A stretch of DNA of 22,040 nucleotides, taken from NCBI GenBank assembly GCA_964586355.1, contig CAZPGO010000047.1, positions 1-22,040 on the forward strand, read 5' to 3'. This document shows, piece by piece, positions 14,985 to 21,926 of the stretch (its first letter is position 1; the number at the start of each line of letters is the position of its first letter). The notes below the pieces were generated by a model. The model did no database searches. It saw nothing but the letters and a program-made list of their open reading frames with translations, and was not told the DNA's origin. Position numbers and translations under genes: made by a program. The DNA is from an uncultured archaeon (GTDB lineage Archaea; Iainarchaeota; Iainarchaeia; Iainarchaeales; CSSED10-239).

Positions 14985-15965
14985 ATGTTTTTATTTAAGA
15001 AATCAGTTTCTCCCTTGATCGCAACAATCTTAATAATAGTTATTAGTGTTATATTGATCACTGTTGTTTTAAGTTGGGGAAAAAATTTTACAGAAAACAA
15101 ATTAAGTTCTTCAACTATTTCTACAGAAAAAGATCTAGAATATGTTACTCTTCCAAAAAGTTATATTTTATCATCTCATTTTCCTAATTACAATTCTATT
15201 CTTTTACAAAATACTAGTGATAAAAACATTACTGTTGTTAGTTATAAGTTAATAAGTCCAAATAACAATTATAAATATTTAAATAAAGACATAAATGTTG
15301 ATTCTTTTAATATTTTTCCAGGAGAATTAAAACCATTTCCTATTATTTGTTTTCCAGATGAAACATTTATTTTGTTATTAAAAACAGATAAAGATCAATA
15401 CATTTCTGTTAATATTAATACTGGTTATTTAAAATATTCTGGTTATTGTTTAGGAGAAAGTGGTTTAATATTTAGAGAAGATTTTGATTCAGAAGAAGCT
15501 GTTATTGAAAATGGGGGTGCTCCATTAAATGTAATTTATGAAAATGGTGTTGGGATTTTTAATGGCACGAGTAGTTATATTATATATAATAAACCATTAA
15601 ATGGAACTTATACTTTTAGAATAATTATTAAAGATTTTGTTTTAAATGATTATAAATATCTAATGAGTAGATACCCAGATACTTCTGGAACTGTTGGTTA
15701 TATTAATTTAATGGCAGACGGAACATTAAGAAATGATGCTTTTGATACAAAATATATTAATGGTGTTGAAAGTAGTGTTATTACAAATACAGATCATACA
15801 GAATTAGTAATTAGTGGCATTTCATTTAATTTTCTAAAATTTGTTGTTGGTGCGATGAGAAATTTGTCTTCTGCAAGTATTTTTAACGGCAAAATAGAAT
15901 TATTTGAAATCTACAACAGAACACTTACAGCTGATGAGATTAAAACTTTATATGATTATAATTAA
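14985..15965 (+). CDS. Archaeal type IV pilin-like (class III signal peptide) surface protein with a C-terminal LamG/concanavalin-A-like lectin domain
   Basis: N-terminus 'MFLFKKS|VSPLIATILIIVISVILITVVLSWGKN'. The C-terminal 160 aa or so carry 'IFNGTSSYIIY', 'FTFRIIIKDF' and 'VVGAMRN....IFNGKIELFEIYNRTLTADEIKTLY'. This matches the Laminin_G_3-type pattern (F.G...y; l.iG; f.G.idev.iynraLsa.EI..ly). Confidence 0.8.
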   Translation: MFLFKKSVSPLIATILIIVISVILITVVLSWGKNFTENKLSSSTISTEKDLEYVTLPKSYILSSHFPNYNSILLQNTSDKNITVVSYKLISPNNNYKYLNKDINVDSFNIFPGELKPFPIICFPDETFILLLKTDKDQYISVNINTGYLKYSGYCLGESGLIFREDFDSEEAVIENGGAPLNVIYENGVGIFNGTSSYIIYNKPLNGTYTFRIIIKDFVLNDYKYLMSRYPDTSGTVGYINLMADGTLRNDAFDTKYINGVESSVITNTDHTELVISGISFNFLKFVVGAMRNLSSASIFNGKIELFEIYNRTLTADEIKTLYDYN

Positions 15966-15971
15966 TTTTTT
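15966..15971 (+). terminator. Oligo-T tract after the LamG-pilin stop
   Basis: Six T directly follow TAA at 15963-15965. Specificity is low in AT-rich DNA. Confidence 0.25.
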
Positions 15972-16087
15972 ATGATCTCAATATTAAAAAAATAATATTT
16001 TTATAAGAGAAAATAATTAATTATATTATAGATCACTATATGAATTATAAAAATTTATCTGAATTGATAAGTATTGATTTTTTTACT

Positions 16088-16152
16088 GTATATTATCCAG
16101 AATAAGCTTTAATTATTTATTCTAAAAACCAACTAGGTGCTTTTCTTTTTGT
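16088..16152. repeat. Direct repeat copy B (65 bp), right boundary of the LamG-pilin cassette
   Basis: Partner of 14889-14950. It begins with a relic of the last five codons of the FGE-pilin gene ('gta tat tat cca gaa t' = VYYPE plus the first stop base). It ends inside the true 3' end of CDS 16117..16587. Confidence 0.85.
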
Positions 16153-16587
16153 CCATTTTGCAAAATCTGCTTTTTCTTTTTTATAATATTTTCTATATGC
16201 TTTTATTGCATTTTTTTCTTTATATTCTTCAGGTGTAGCTTGAGCAAATTCTGTTAAACCAATATTTGGAAGATTTGGAATATTTTCTAAGATTTTTTTT
16301 ATTTCAATAGTTTTGTGTGTTTTTCCATATCTGTAAGTATATTCTTTTAATAGTTCTTTAAGATGTTCTAATAACCAAACATAATTTTCTTTAGATTCAT
16401 TTGCCCAAATAACACAAGGATGTTTTTCGTGTGTTTTTTTATATAAAAGATCTTTATACTTAGAATTAGTTAAATGATGTGCTGTTGAGAGAATTTGAGC
16501 AGACTCAACTATCATTTTTACTACATGTTTATCACAAAGCATTCTTGCTGCTTTTTTTGGATCTTTATCCAAAACAAATATTTGCAT
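16117..16587 (-). CDS. Conserved hypothetical protein (N-terminal 'LDKDPKKAARMLCDKHVVKMIVESAQILSTAHH' motif)
   Basis: Clean 156-aa ORF, 15 nt downstream of and co-oriented with the 69-aa gene. I recall the D.DP..AA..LCDKHVVKM..E.AQ.LS motif from uncharacterised proteins often encoded by phages, large viruses and scattered bacteria. I cannot name the family. Confidence 0.65.
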   Translation of the reverse strand: MQIFVLDKDPKKAARMLCDKHVVKMIVESAQILSTAHHLTNSKYKDLLYKKTHEKHPCVIWANESKENYVWLLEHLKELLKEYTYRYGKTHKTIEIKKILENIPNLPNIGLTEFAQATPEEYKEKNAIKAYRKYYKKEKADFAKWTKRKAPSWFLE

Positions 16588-16602
16588 TTTTAAACTCTTA
16601 TA

Positions 16603-16812
16603 TTAAAGCATATCCTTTGCCATACCTTTAACAGATCTTAAACACTTTTTGTGCCAATATTGCCCACCCCATTTTTTATCACACCCCGGTTGATTACAAA
16701 CAGCACAGGTTTCATGAGGGTATTTACAGTTTTCAAGATCTATTTGTGGTGTTTTTGTTTTTACTTCCTCTTTTGGTTTTTCTTTTTTTTTAAACATGTC
16801 TAATATTGCCAT
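16603..16812 (-). CDS. Small Cys/His-rich (putative zinc-binding) protein with a lysine-rich N-terminus
   Basis: 69 aa. 'CKYPHETCAVCNQPGCDKKWGGQYWHKKC' contains five Cys and two His in zinc-ribbon-like spacing. It starts 30 nt downstream of tRNA-Gln on the same strand. Confidence 0.55.
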   Translation of the reverse strand: MAILDMFKKKEKPKEEVKTKTPQIDLENCKYPHETCAVCNQPGCDKKWGGQYWHKKCLRSVKGMAKDML

Positions 16813-16842
16813 AATATTTTCCCTTTTTAATTAATTTTTTAT

Positions 16843-16915
16843 TAGCCCGAAGGAGATTCGAACTCCTGTCGCAAGATCCAGAGTCTTGCATGCTTGGCCA
16901 CTACACTATCGGGCT
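16843..16915 (-). tRNA. tRNA-Gln (anticodon CUG), 73 nt, no encoded CCA
   Basis: The reverse complement folds by hand into a cloverleaf. Acceptor AGCCCGA/TCGGGCT with discriminator A. D-arm GTGT-AGTGGCCAA-GCAT. Anticodon stem CAAGA/TCTTG with loop CTCTGGA (positions 34-36 = CTG). T-arm AGGAG-TTCGAAT-CTCCT. The segment is GC-rich in an AT-rich background. Confidence 0.93.
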
Positions 16916-16940
16916 CTATAATATTAATAAGTCTAATGGT

Positions 16941-17531
16941 TTAAAACTTTGTGTTTTTTATAATCCTATAAACATTTTTCCAATCATTAGCAATTTTTAT
17001 ATCTTTAGGATATTTGCTTTTTGACCAAGGATAGTTGTTATTATAATCAAAAACAATTGTTTTTATGTTGTGTTTGTAGCAATCCATAATATAGCTTTTA
17101 TTATCATCAACAATTAGATCTATATCATACTCTTTACAAAGCTCTCCTTTGTCTTTTACAAAATCCTCTGATTTGTAATATTCACTAAATATTATTTCTT
17201 TAAAAGTGTTTGGAAAATATTCTTTTATCCATTTATGGGTGTGGTTTTTTACATCAATAGTTCTTCCAGTAATTATATATAACTCATGTTCTTTTAGTAA
17301 TTTCCTGATTACTGTTTTTGCTTCAGGTATTGGTTTAAATTTTTTAATATCTTGATTGTTAAGAGTTTGTCTTATATACTTATAAAAAACATCTCTTTCT
17401 TCAAAGCTTAGATCCTCTAATGAATGATATCCTTTAAACCATTTTGTTTTATTTGCTTTAAATATTTCTTTTATAAGAAGTTCTATTGTTGAGACTAATG
17501 TATCGTCTAGGTCTATTGCTATTCTTGCCAT
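16941..17531 (-). CDS. HAD-superfamily 5'(3')-deoxyribonucleotidase-like phosphatase (NT5C-like)
   Basis: HAD motif I 'IAIDLDDTL' (DxDxT), motif II 'YIITGRT', and an acidic motif IV 'LIVDDN'. The 196-aa size and N-terminal context resemble the NT5C/YorS-type nucleotidases. Confidence 0.72.
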   Translation of the reverse strand: MARIAIDLDDTLVSTIELLIKEIFKANKTKWFKGYHSLEDLSFEERDVFYKYIRQTLNNQDIKKFKPIPEAKTVIRKLLKEHELYIITGRTIDVKNHTHKWIKEYFPNTFKEIIFSEYYKSEDFVKDKGELCKEYDIDLIVDDNKSYIMDCYKHNIKTIVFDYNNNYPWSKSKYPKDIKIANDWKNVYRIIKNTKF

Positions 17532-17591
17532 ATTTGAATCACTTTTATATAAAATATTTTATTCTAAGAATTCTTTAAATATTGATTGTTT

Positions 17592-18563
17592 TTAACAATA
17601 ATATTCAAAAGCCACATCTAGTAAATTAACATCTTTTACTATTTCAAAAAAATTAGATCTTAATACATTTATAAATCCGAAAACCTCTTCTTTAGAGTTG
17701 GTCTCAAGATCTATTTCTAGATCCCAAGGTCCAATAAATTTTCTTATATTTATTATATTTGTATTATTTTCAAAAAAGGTTATTAGTTCTTCTTCTTTAT
17801 GATCTTTTTCTGGATTTATTTTTAATAATATTTTATATGAAGAAAAAGGCAATTTTTTAAAATTAAATATTGGTCTGTAACTTTTTATAATTCCACAACA
17901 TTTTAATTGTTTTAATCTGCTTAAAACAGTGTTTGGTGTACTCTCTATTTCTTTTGCTAAAAACACTGAACTTATTCTTGCATGATTTTTAATATTGTAT
18001 AATATTTTTTTATCAATAGTATTTAGTTTTTCTATTTTTTTATCATAAAACTTATATTCTATTTTATTATTTAATCTTCTATATTTTTCTGTAAAATAAT
18101 CTCTACTAAAAGAAGTTTTTTCAAGTAATATAAAATAGTCTGTGTTAATAATTTCTTTTTTAAAGTTTATTTTTATATTTTTTATAAACTCATATGATTC
18201 TGATAAATTTTCTGTATAAAACTTAACAATAAGATCCCAATTAGAGGAATATACTTCTATTATTTTTATAGTTTGTTTTTTTGATCTTAAGTAATCTATT
18301 ATTTTTTGTTTATTTTCGTTTGTAGAGTTTAGCTTAAGATATATTTTATATATTGTGTTTCCTAATACACTATAATCAATACAAGAAATATATCCTTTAA
18401 TAATCTCCATAGCCTCTAAATTCTGTAATCTGTAGCTTATTACTTGTTGAGAGGTTTTAAGTTTCTTTGCAATTGTTGAAATGTTTTCTCTGGCATTTTG
18501 GTCTATTAATGAAAGTATTTTTAGATCTAAATAGTCTAATTTATAGCAACTTTTTGTACCCAT
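17592..18563 (-). CDS. Tandem (duplicated) Lrp/AsnC-family transcriptional regulator
   Basis: There are two HTH_AsnC-like units: 'LDLKILSLIDQNARENISTIAKKLKTSQQVISYRLQNLEAMEIIKGY' and 'IDKKILYNIKNHARISSVFLAKEIESTPNTVLSRLKQLKCCGIIKSY'. Each is followed by a RAM-like beta-alpha-beta segment of about 80 aa. Confidence 0.78.
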   Translation of the reverse strand: MGTKSCYKLDYLDLKILSLIDQNARENISTIAKKLKTSQQVISYRLQNLEAMEIIKGYISCIDYSVLGNTIYKIYLKLNSTNENKQKIIDYLRSKKQTIKIIEVYSSNWDLIVKFYTENLSESYEFIKNIKINFKKEIINTDYFILLEKTSFSRDYFTEKYRRLNNKIEYKFYDKKIEKLNTIDKKILYNIKNHARISSVFLAKEIESTPNTVLSRLKQLKCCGIIKSYRPIFNFKKLPFSSYKILLKINPEKDHKEEELITFFENNTNIINIRKFIGPWDLEIDLETNSKEEVFGFINVLRSNFFEIVKDVNLLDVAFEYYC

Positions 18564-18612
18564 TCTGTTTATGTTTAGTTTATTTTAGTATATATATTTA
18601 ATTATAGTTTAA

Positions 18613-20502
18613 TTATCTTTTAAAAAAACTAAGATACTCAGAATTAGGGTCTTTACTTATCTTAAATCTGTGATCTTTACTAAAACAGTTTCTATAGTTT
18701 TCCCAAAGGTATCTGTTATCCATATAAACAATTAACCCTTTGTCAGTATCAGACCTAATAACTCTACCAGCACTTTGAATTACTTTTTGTATTGCTGGTT
18801 GAATGTAAGCGTATTGCCAACCATTTCTATATTTTTTTTCATAGTAATCTATTTTGGCTTTGGTTTCTAGTTCCATTCTGGATAAAGGAATGCCAACAAT
18901 AACTGCTGAGATTAGGTTTGTTCCAGGAAGATCAATCCCTTCAGAAGCCTTACCCCCCATAACAGCAAAAAGAACAGCTCCAAATTTTCTGGATTCTAAT
19001 TTAAAGTCTTTAATCATTTTTTCAAAGTCTATACTTTTTTGTTTTTCTTCTTGTGTAAATATTGGTTTGTTTGATTTTATTTTTGTTTTGATCTCATATA
19101 ATATTTCAAAACTTGGAAAAAAAACAACTATATTTCCTGGACAGCTGTTTATACAATCATTAACATATTTTGAGATCTTTGTATATTCCTCATTTGATCT
19201 TTGTGTAAACTTAGTAGAGACATCAGAAATAAGTAGATTTACTTTGTTTTCTGGATTAAAAGGGGAAAGATATTCTACAAGATTTGTGTTCTCTTTTGGT
19301 AATCCTAAGATCTCTTGATACATCTTTAATGGTGTTAATGTTGCTGACATTAGTATTGTTGAATAAGCTGTTTCAAATATTTTTTTTGTAATTAATGTTA
19401 CATCTAAGGCATTATATTTTACGCTTATATAATTTCTTTCTTTTTTAATAAATCTAATATGATCTACTTTGTCAGTAATCCATTCTTCTAAAAAGATTGC
19501 TATAGAGATTAGCGCAGATCCATTTTCATTAAAGTTTTCTATATATTTTAGTCCTTCAGTTTCTAATTCTTCAATAACTTCAAACAAATTATTATCTAGG
19601 TCTTTAAAAAAGATTTGATTTTTTGTAATTAGTTGTTCTTTTTCTTTTTTTAAAAATGTTTCTGACAAAGACTCTATTTTATCTAAAAACTCTGTTAATA
19701 GGTTTTTTAGTTTTGAGTTTTTTAGATCTTTTGCTTCCTTAATTGCTCTATTTATTAGAAAGGTGTTTAGTGTTTTTGAGGACAATCTTAGTAATCTTTC
19801 TTCAAGGTTGTGTGCTTCATCAACAACAATAATACAATTTGAGAGATCAATATCTAGTTCTGGTAATGTTGATTTAGATACAGATCCTGAAAATACATGA
19901 TAATAATCTGCAATAATTACAGTAGACTCTCTAGCTTTCATTTTTGCAAGTTCATAAGCACAAAGAGGCTTTGGAGATCCATCAAATTCTGTGAAATTAC
20001 TAGCAATGTCTTTTATCTCTAGGTGTGTGTAGCTGTTATCTGGCAAAGCTTTTTTTATCCTTGCATTTAATCTCTCTCTTGCTGATTTTTCAGCAGGCCT
20101 AATATTTTCAAAATAGGGACATTCTCTTTTTTTTGTTGCTCTTTTGCAAATATCATAAAACCCTGCTTCTGTTTTTGAAATAACTGGATCTATACACATA
20201 TTTCTTTTACCCACAAAATCAATAGCATTAAGCTTAAGGTTGTATTTGTGATTAAGACCATTGATTACTTCAAGAGCTATTTTGTGTTGAGAGATCTTTG
20301 GTGTTAAAAACAAAACTTTTAGTTTATGTTCAATAGCATAAGTAACTGCTGCAGATAAGGAAGCATCTGTTTTTCCTGTTCCTGTTGGGGCGTGCAAAAG
20401 TATGTTTTTTTTATGTGATATACTTGTATAAATATCCTTAATTATTGTCTCTTGATCTTTTCTAAAAGACTTGTGTCTAAAGTAAATATTTTGTTTTGTC
20501 AT
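18613..20502 (-). CDS. xpd: XPD/Rad3-type superfamily-2 DNA helicase with a 4Fe-4S domain
   Basis: Walker A 'HAPTGTGKT', DEAH box 'VVDEAHNL', motif III 'MSATLTP', and motif VI 'QSAGRVIR'. Four Cys lie between motifs I and II ('NMCIDP', 'YDICKR', 'RECPYF', 'PLCAYE'), as in XPD Fe-S domains. Confidence 0.9.
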   Translation of the reverse strand: MTKQNIYFRHKSFRKDQETIIKDIYTSISHKKNILLHAPTGTGKTDASLSAAVTYAIEHKLKVLFLTPKISQHKIALEVINGLNHKYNLKLNAIDFVGKRNMCIDPVISKTEAGFYDICKRATKKRECPYFENIRPAEKSARERLNARIKKALPDNSYTHLEIKDIASNFTEFDGSPKPLCAYELAKMKARESTVIIADYYHVFSGSVSKSTLPELDIDLSNCIIVVDEAHNLEERLLRLSSKTLNTFLINRAIKEAKDLKNSKLKNLLTEFLDKIESLSETFLKKEKEQLITKNQIFFKDLDNNLFEVIEELETEGLKYIENFNENGSALISIAIFLEEWITDKVDHIRFIKKERNYISVKYNALDVTLITKKIFETAYSTILMSATLTPLKMYQEILGLPKENTNLVEYLSPFNPENKVNLLISDVSTKFTQRSNEEYTKISKYVNDCINSCPGNIVVFFPSFEILYEIKTKIKSNKPIFTQEEKQKSIDFEKMIKDFKLESRKFGAVLFAVMGGKASEGIDLPGTNLISAVIVGIPLSRMELETKAKIDYYEKKYRNGWQYAYIQPAIQKVIQSAGRVIRSDTDKGLIVYMDNRYLWENYRNCFSKDHRFKISKDPNSEYLSFFKR

Positions 20503-20503
20503 T

Positions 20504-21463
20504 TTATTCTAAGTAAATATTTCCAAATTCTTTATTGTATATAAAAAAGTCTTCAGTATTTGCATTTTCTTTAATATCACAAACCCTTTTTAGGGTAGCA
20601 TCTAAATTATCAGCAATAAAAACTAACATAGCTTCTGGGGTTGCTGGTTCTTTTGGAGATCCATATTCTTTTTTTCCATGGTGACTTAAGATGATGTTAA
20701 TTATTTTGTTTTTCTTATTCTCAGAAGTATTTAAAGACTCTAAAATTTGAGTGATTTTAGTTGCTCCTAATGTAATGTGCCCTATTAGTTGTCCAGGGTT
20801 TGTTATTTTTATATTGGAAGTGATCGTAAATTCTTCCATTTTTCCATAATCATGTAATAAAGCACCTGTTAAAAGTAGATTTCTATCTAATCTTTTTTCT
20901 GTTTTTTCATAATAATCTAAGCAAATATTACACACATTTATTGTATGTTCTAACAATCCGCCAATATACCCATGATGTAGATACATTGCTGCCGGAGCTG
21001 TAAAAAACTGTTTTTTAACTTCTTCAGTAAATGCTTTATTAAGCACTTCTTTATACTCAGGATCTGTTATTGATTCAATTAGTTCAGAAAATCTGTTTTT
21101 CAATTCTTCTAGATCTTTATCTGTTTTTGCAATCATTGATTCTAGATCAAAATCAGTTATTTTTTTAATATCGCAGTTATCGTTTATACTTAGTTCTAGT
21201 TGGTCGTTATAGTTATTTACTTTTATGTTATTTACTAGTATAACATTATCAATAGCTATAGAATCATACACTTTTTGAACAAGCTCTTTGTTAGGGCCTC
21301 CCCAATATTTTAGCATGATTTCTCCGGTTTTATCTCCTACTCTTACTTCAAATCTAAAACCTTTTGCATAATCTATAATTGGTTTTTTAAATTTTACAAC
21401 AAAATAGTCTTCAAATATTATTCCTTCTTTTAGATCTTTTATAAATATTTTTTTTTCTATCAT
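20504..21463 (-). CDS. OB-fold plus HD-domain nuclease/phosphohydrolase (YhaM/Cbf1-like 3'-5' exonuclease)
   Basis: The N-terminal 100 aa or so are OB-like ('FEVRVGDKTGEIMLKYWG'). An HD domain follows with 'HHGYIGGLLEHT', 'LLHDYGK', 'HHGKKEYGSP' and 'FIADNLDA'. Only 1 nt separates it from the downstream xpd. Confidence 0.8.
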   Translation of the reverse strand: MIEKKIFIKDLKEGIIFEDYFVVKFKKPIIDYAKGFRFEVRVGDKTGEIMLKYWGGPNKELVQKVYDSIAIDNVILVNNIKVNNYNDQLELSINDNCDIKKITDFDLESMIAKTDKDLEELKNRFSELIESITDPEYKEVLNKAFTEEVKKQFFTAPAAMYLHHGYIGGLLEHTINVCNICLDYYEKTEKRLDRNLLLTGALLHDYGKMEEFTITSNIKITNPGQLIGHITLGATKITQILESLNTSENKKNKIINIILSHHGKKEYGSPKEPATPEAMLVFIADNLDATLKRVCDIKENANTEDFFIYNKEFGNIYLE

Positions 21464-21547
21464 TTTTATTCACCTATATATATATTATTTAGAAAATCTA
21501 TATATAGGGTTTGGTAGGGGGGGTCTTGTCCACTGGAGCCTTTCTTA

Positions 21548-21860
21548 AAAAGAAAGCCTCGGGAAAGAACAAAAATGGTTACGCTTTCGTTGACACGCAA
21601 TATAACCGGTTACGCTCGGTTAATGTGCAATTATAAGTTTATGCAAAAACGAAATGAAAAGAAAGCCTTGGGAAAGAACAAAAAGGGTTTCGCTTATAAC
21701 CCTTTTAGAAAAAATGCTTAACCCCAAAATAAACTGTTTCATAAGAAGTGTAATCAAATAATTTTTTTCAAAAAAAGTTTAATCAAAAACGAGATAAAAG
21801 AAAGCTTAAGCAAAGAAAATAAAAAAATAATCAAAAATGAGATCAGAAAAAAATTATTAC
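21548..21860 (+). repeat. Degenerate direct repeats in a long spacer
   Basis: Units at 21548-21585 and 21657-21694 are 35/38 identical (hand-counted): 'aaaagaaagcctcgggaaagaacaaaaatggttacgct' versus 'aaaagaaagccttgggaaagaacaaaaagggtttcgct'. A decayed third copy starts at 21796 and a possible fourth near 21832. Units 2-4 are preceded by 'caaaaa(c/t)ga(a/g)at'. Nested 'ggttacgct' repeats occur at 21577 and 21608. Confidence 0.7.
21681..21706 (+). other. Perfect 9-bp stem / 8-nt loop hairpin inside repeat unit 2
   Basis: 'aaaagggtt' (21681-21689) pairs with 'aaccctttt' (21698-21706) around the loop 'tcgcttat'. Repeat unit 1 has only a weaker 5-bp version (ggtta...taacc). Confidence 0.5.
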
Positions 21861-21900
21861 TAAAACCTAGTAACTATCTATTTTTCTTATTTTTCGCAAC

Positions 21901-21926
21901 CTTTTTATATGTTTTCTTCTTTTTAT
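21901..21926 (+). promoter_or_regulatory. Conserved promoter module of the third pilin-like gene (identical to 14954-14979)
   Basis: 26/26 nt identity with the module upstream of the LamG-pilin gene. With flanks, 34/36 nt match from 21891. The TATA-like 'ctttttatat' lies about 25-30 nt upstream of ATG 21933. Confidence 0.6.

Noticed and set aside
14915-15100. 61-aa minus-strand ORF ending in KRKASSWFLE
   Set aside because: Only its last 11 codons resemble a real gene, namely the 3' end of CDS 16117..16587. The rest runs antisense through the promoter and signal-peptide region of the LamG-pilin gene. I treat it as a duplication relic, not a gene.
16040-16105. 21-codon ORF MNYKNLSELISIDFFTVYYPE*
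   Set aside because: Its only notable feature is the VYYPE* ending, which is the duplicated tail of the FGE-pilin gene. It is too short, and nothing upstream resembles that gene.
14907-16915. Integrated virus or plasmid at tRNA-Gln
   Set aside because: There is no integrase or recombinase gene, and no duplicated tRNA 3' segment (att) is visible anywhere in the window. The direct repeats present derive from protein-gene ends, not from the tRNA. I keep only the weaker 'remnant' hypothesis in the findings.
18854-19318. 154-aa plus-strand ORF
   Set aside because: It is antisense inside xpd, which has all the helicase motifs.
21575-21721. 48-codon plus-strand ORF (MVTLSLTRNITGYARLMCNYKFMQKRNEKKALGKNKKGFAYNPFRKNA*) in the long spacer
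   Set aside because: No Shine-Dalgarno or promoter context is visible. The two DNA repeat units fall in different reading frames, so the repeats are not conserved as peptide. It may still deserve a look if the region proves to be translated.
21548-21860. Possible CRISPR array, suggested by repeated units of about 38 nt
   Set aside because: There are only two good copies. The spacing is irregular (109 then about 139 nt), later copies are degenerate and A-rich, and no cas genes are in the window. The pattern does not fit CRISPR.
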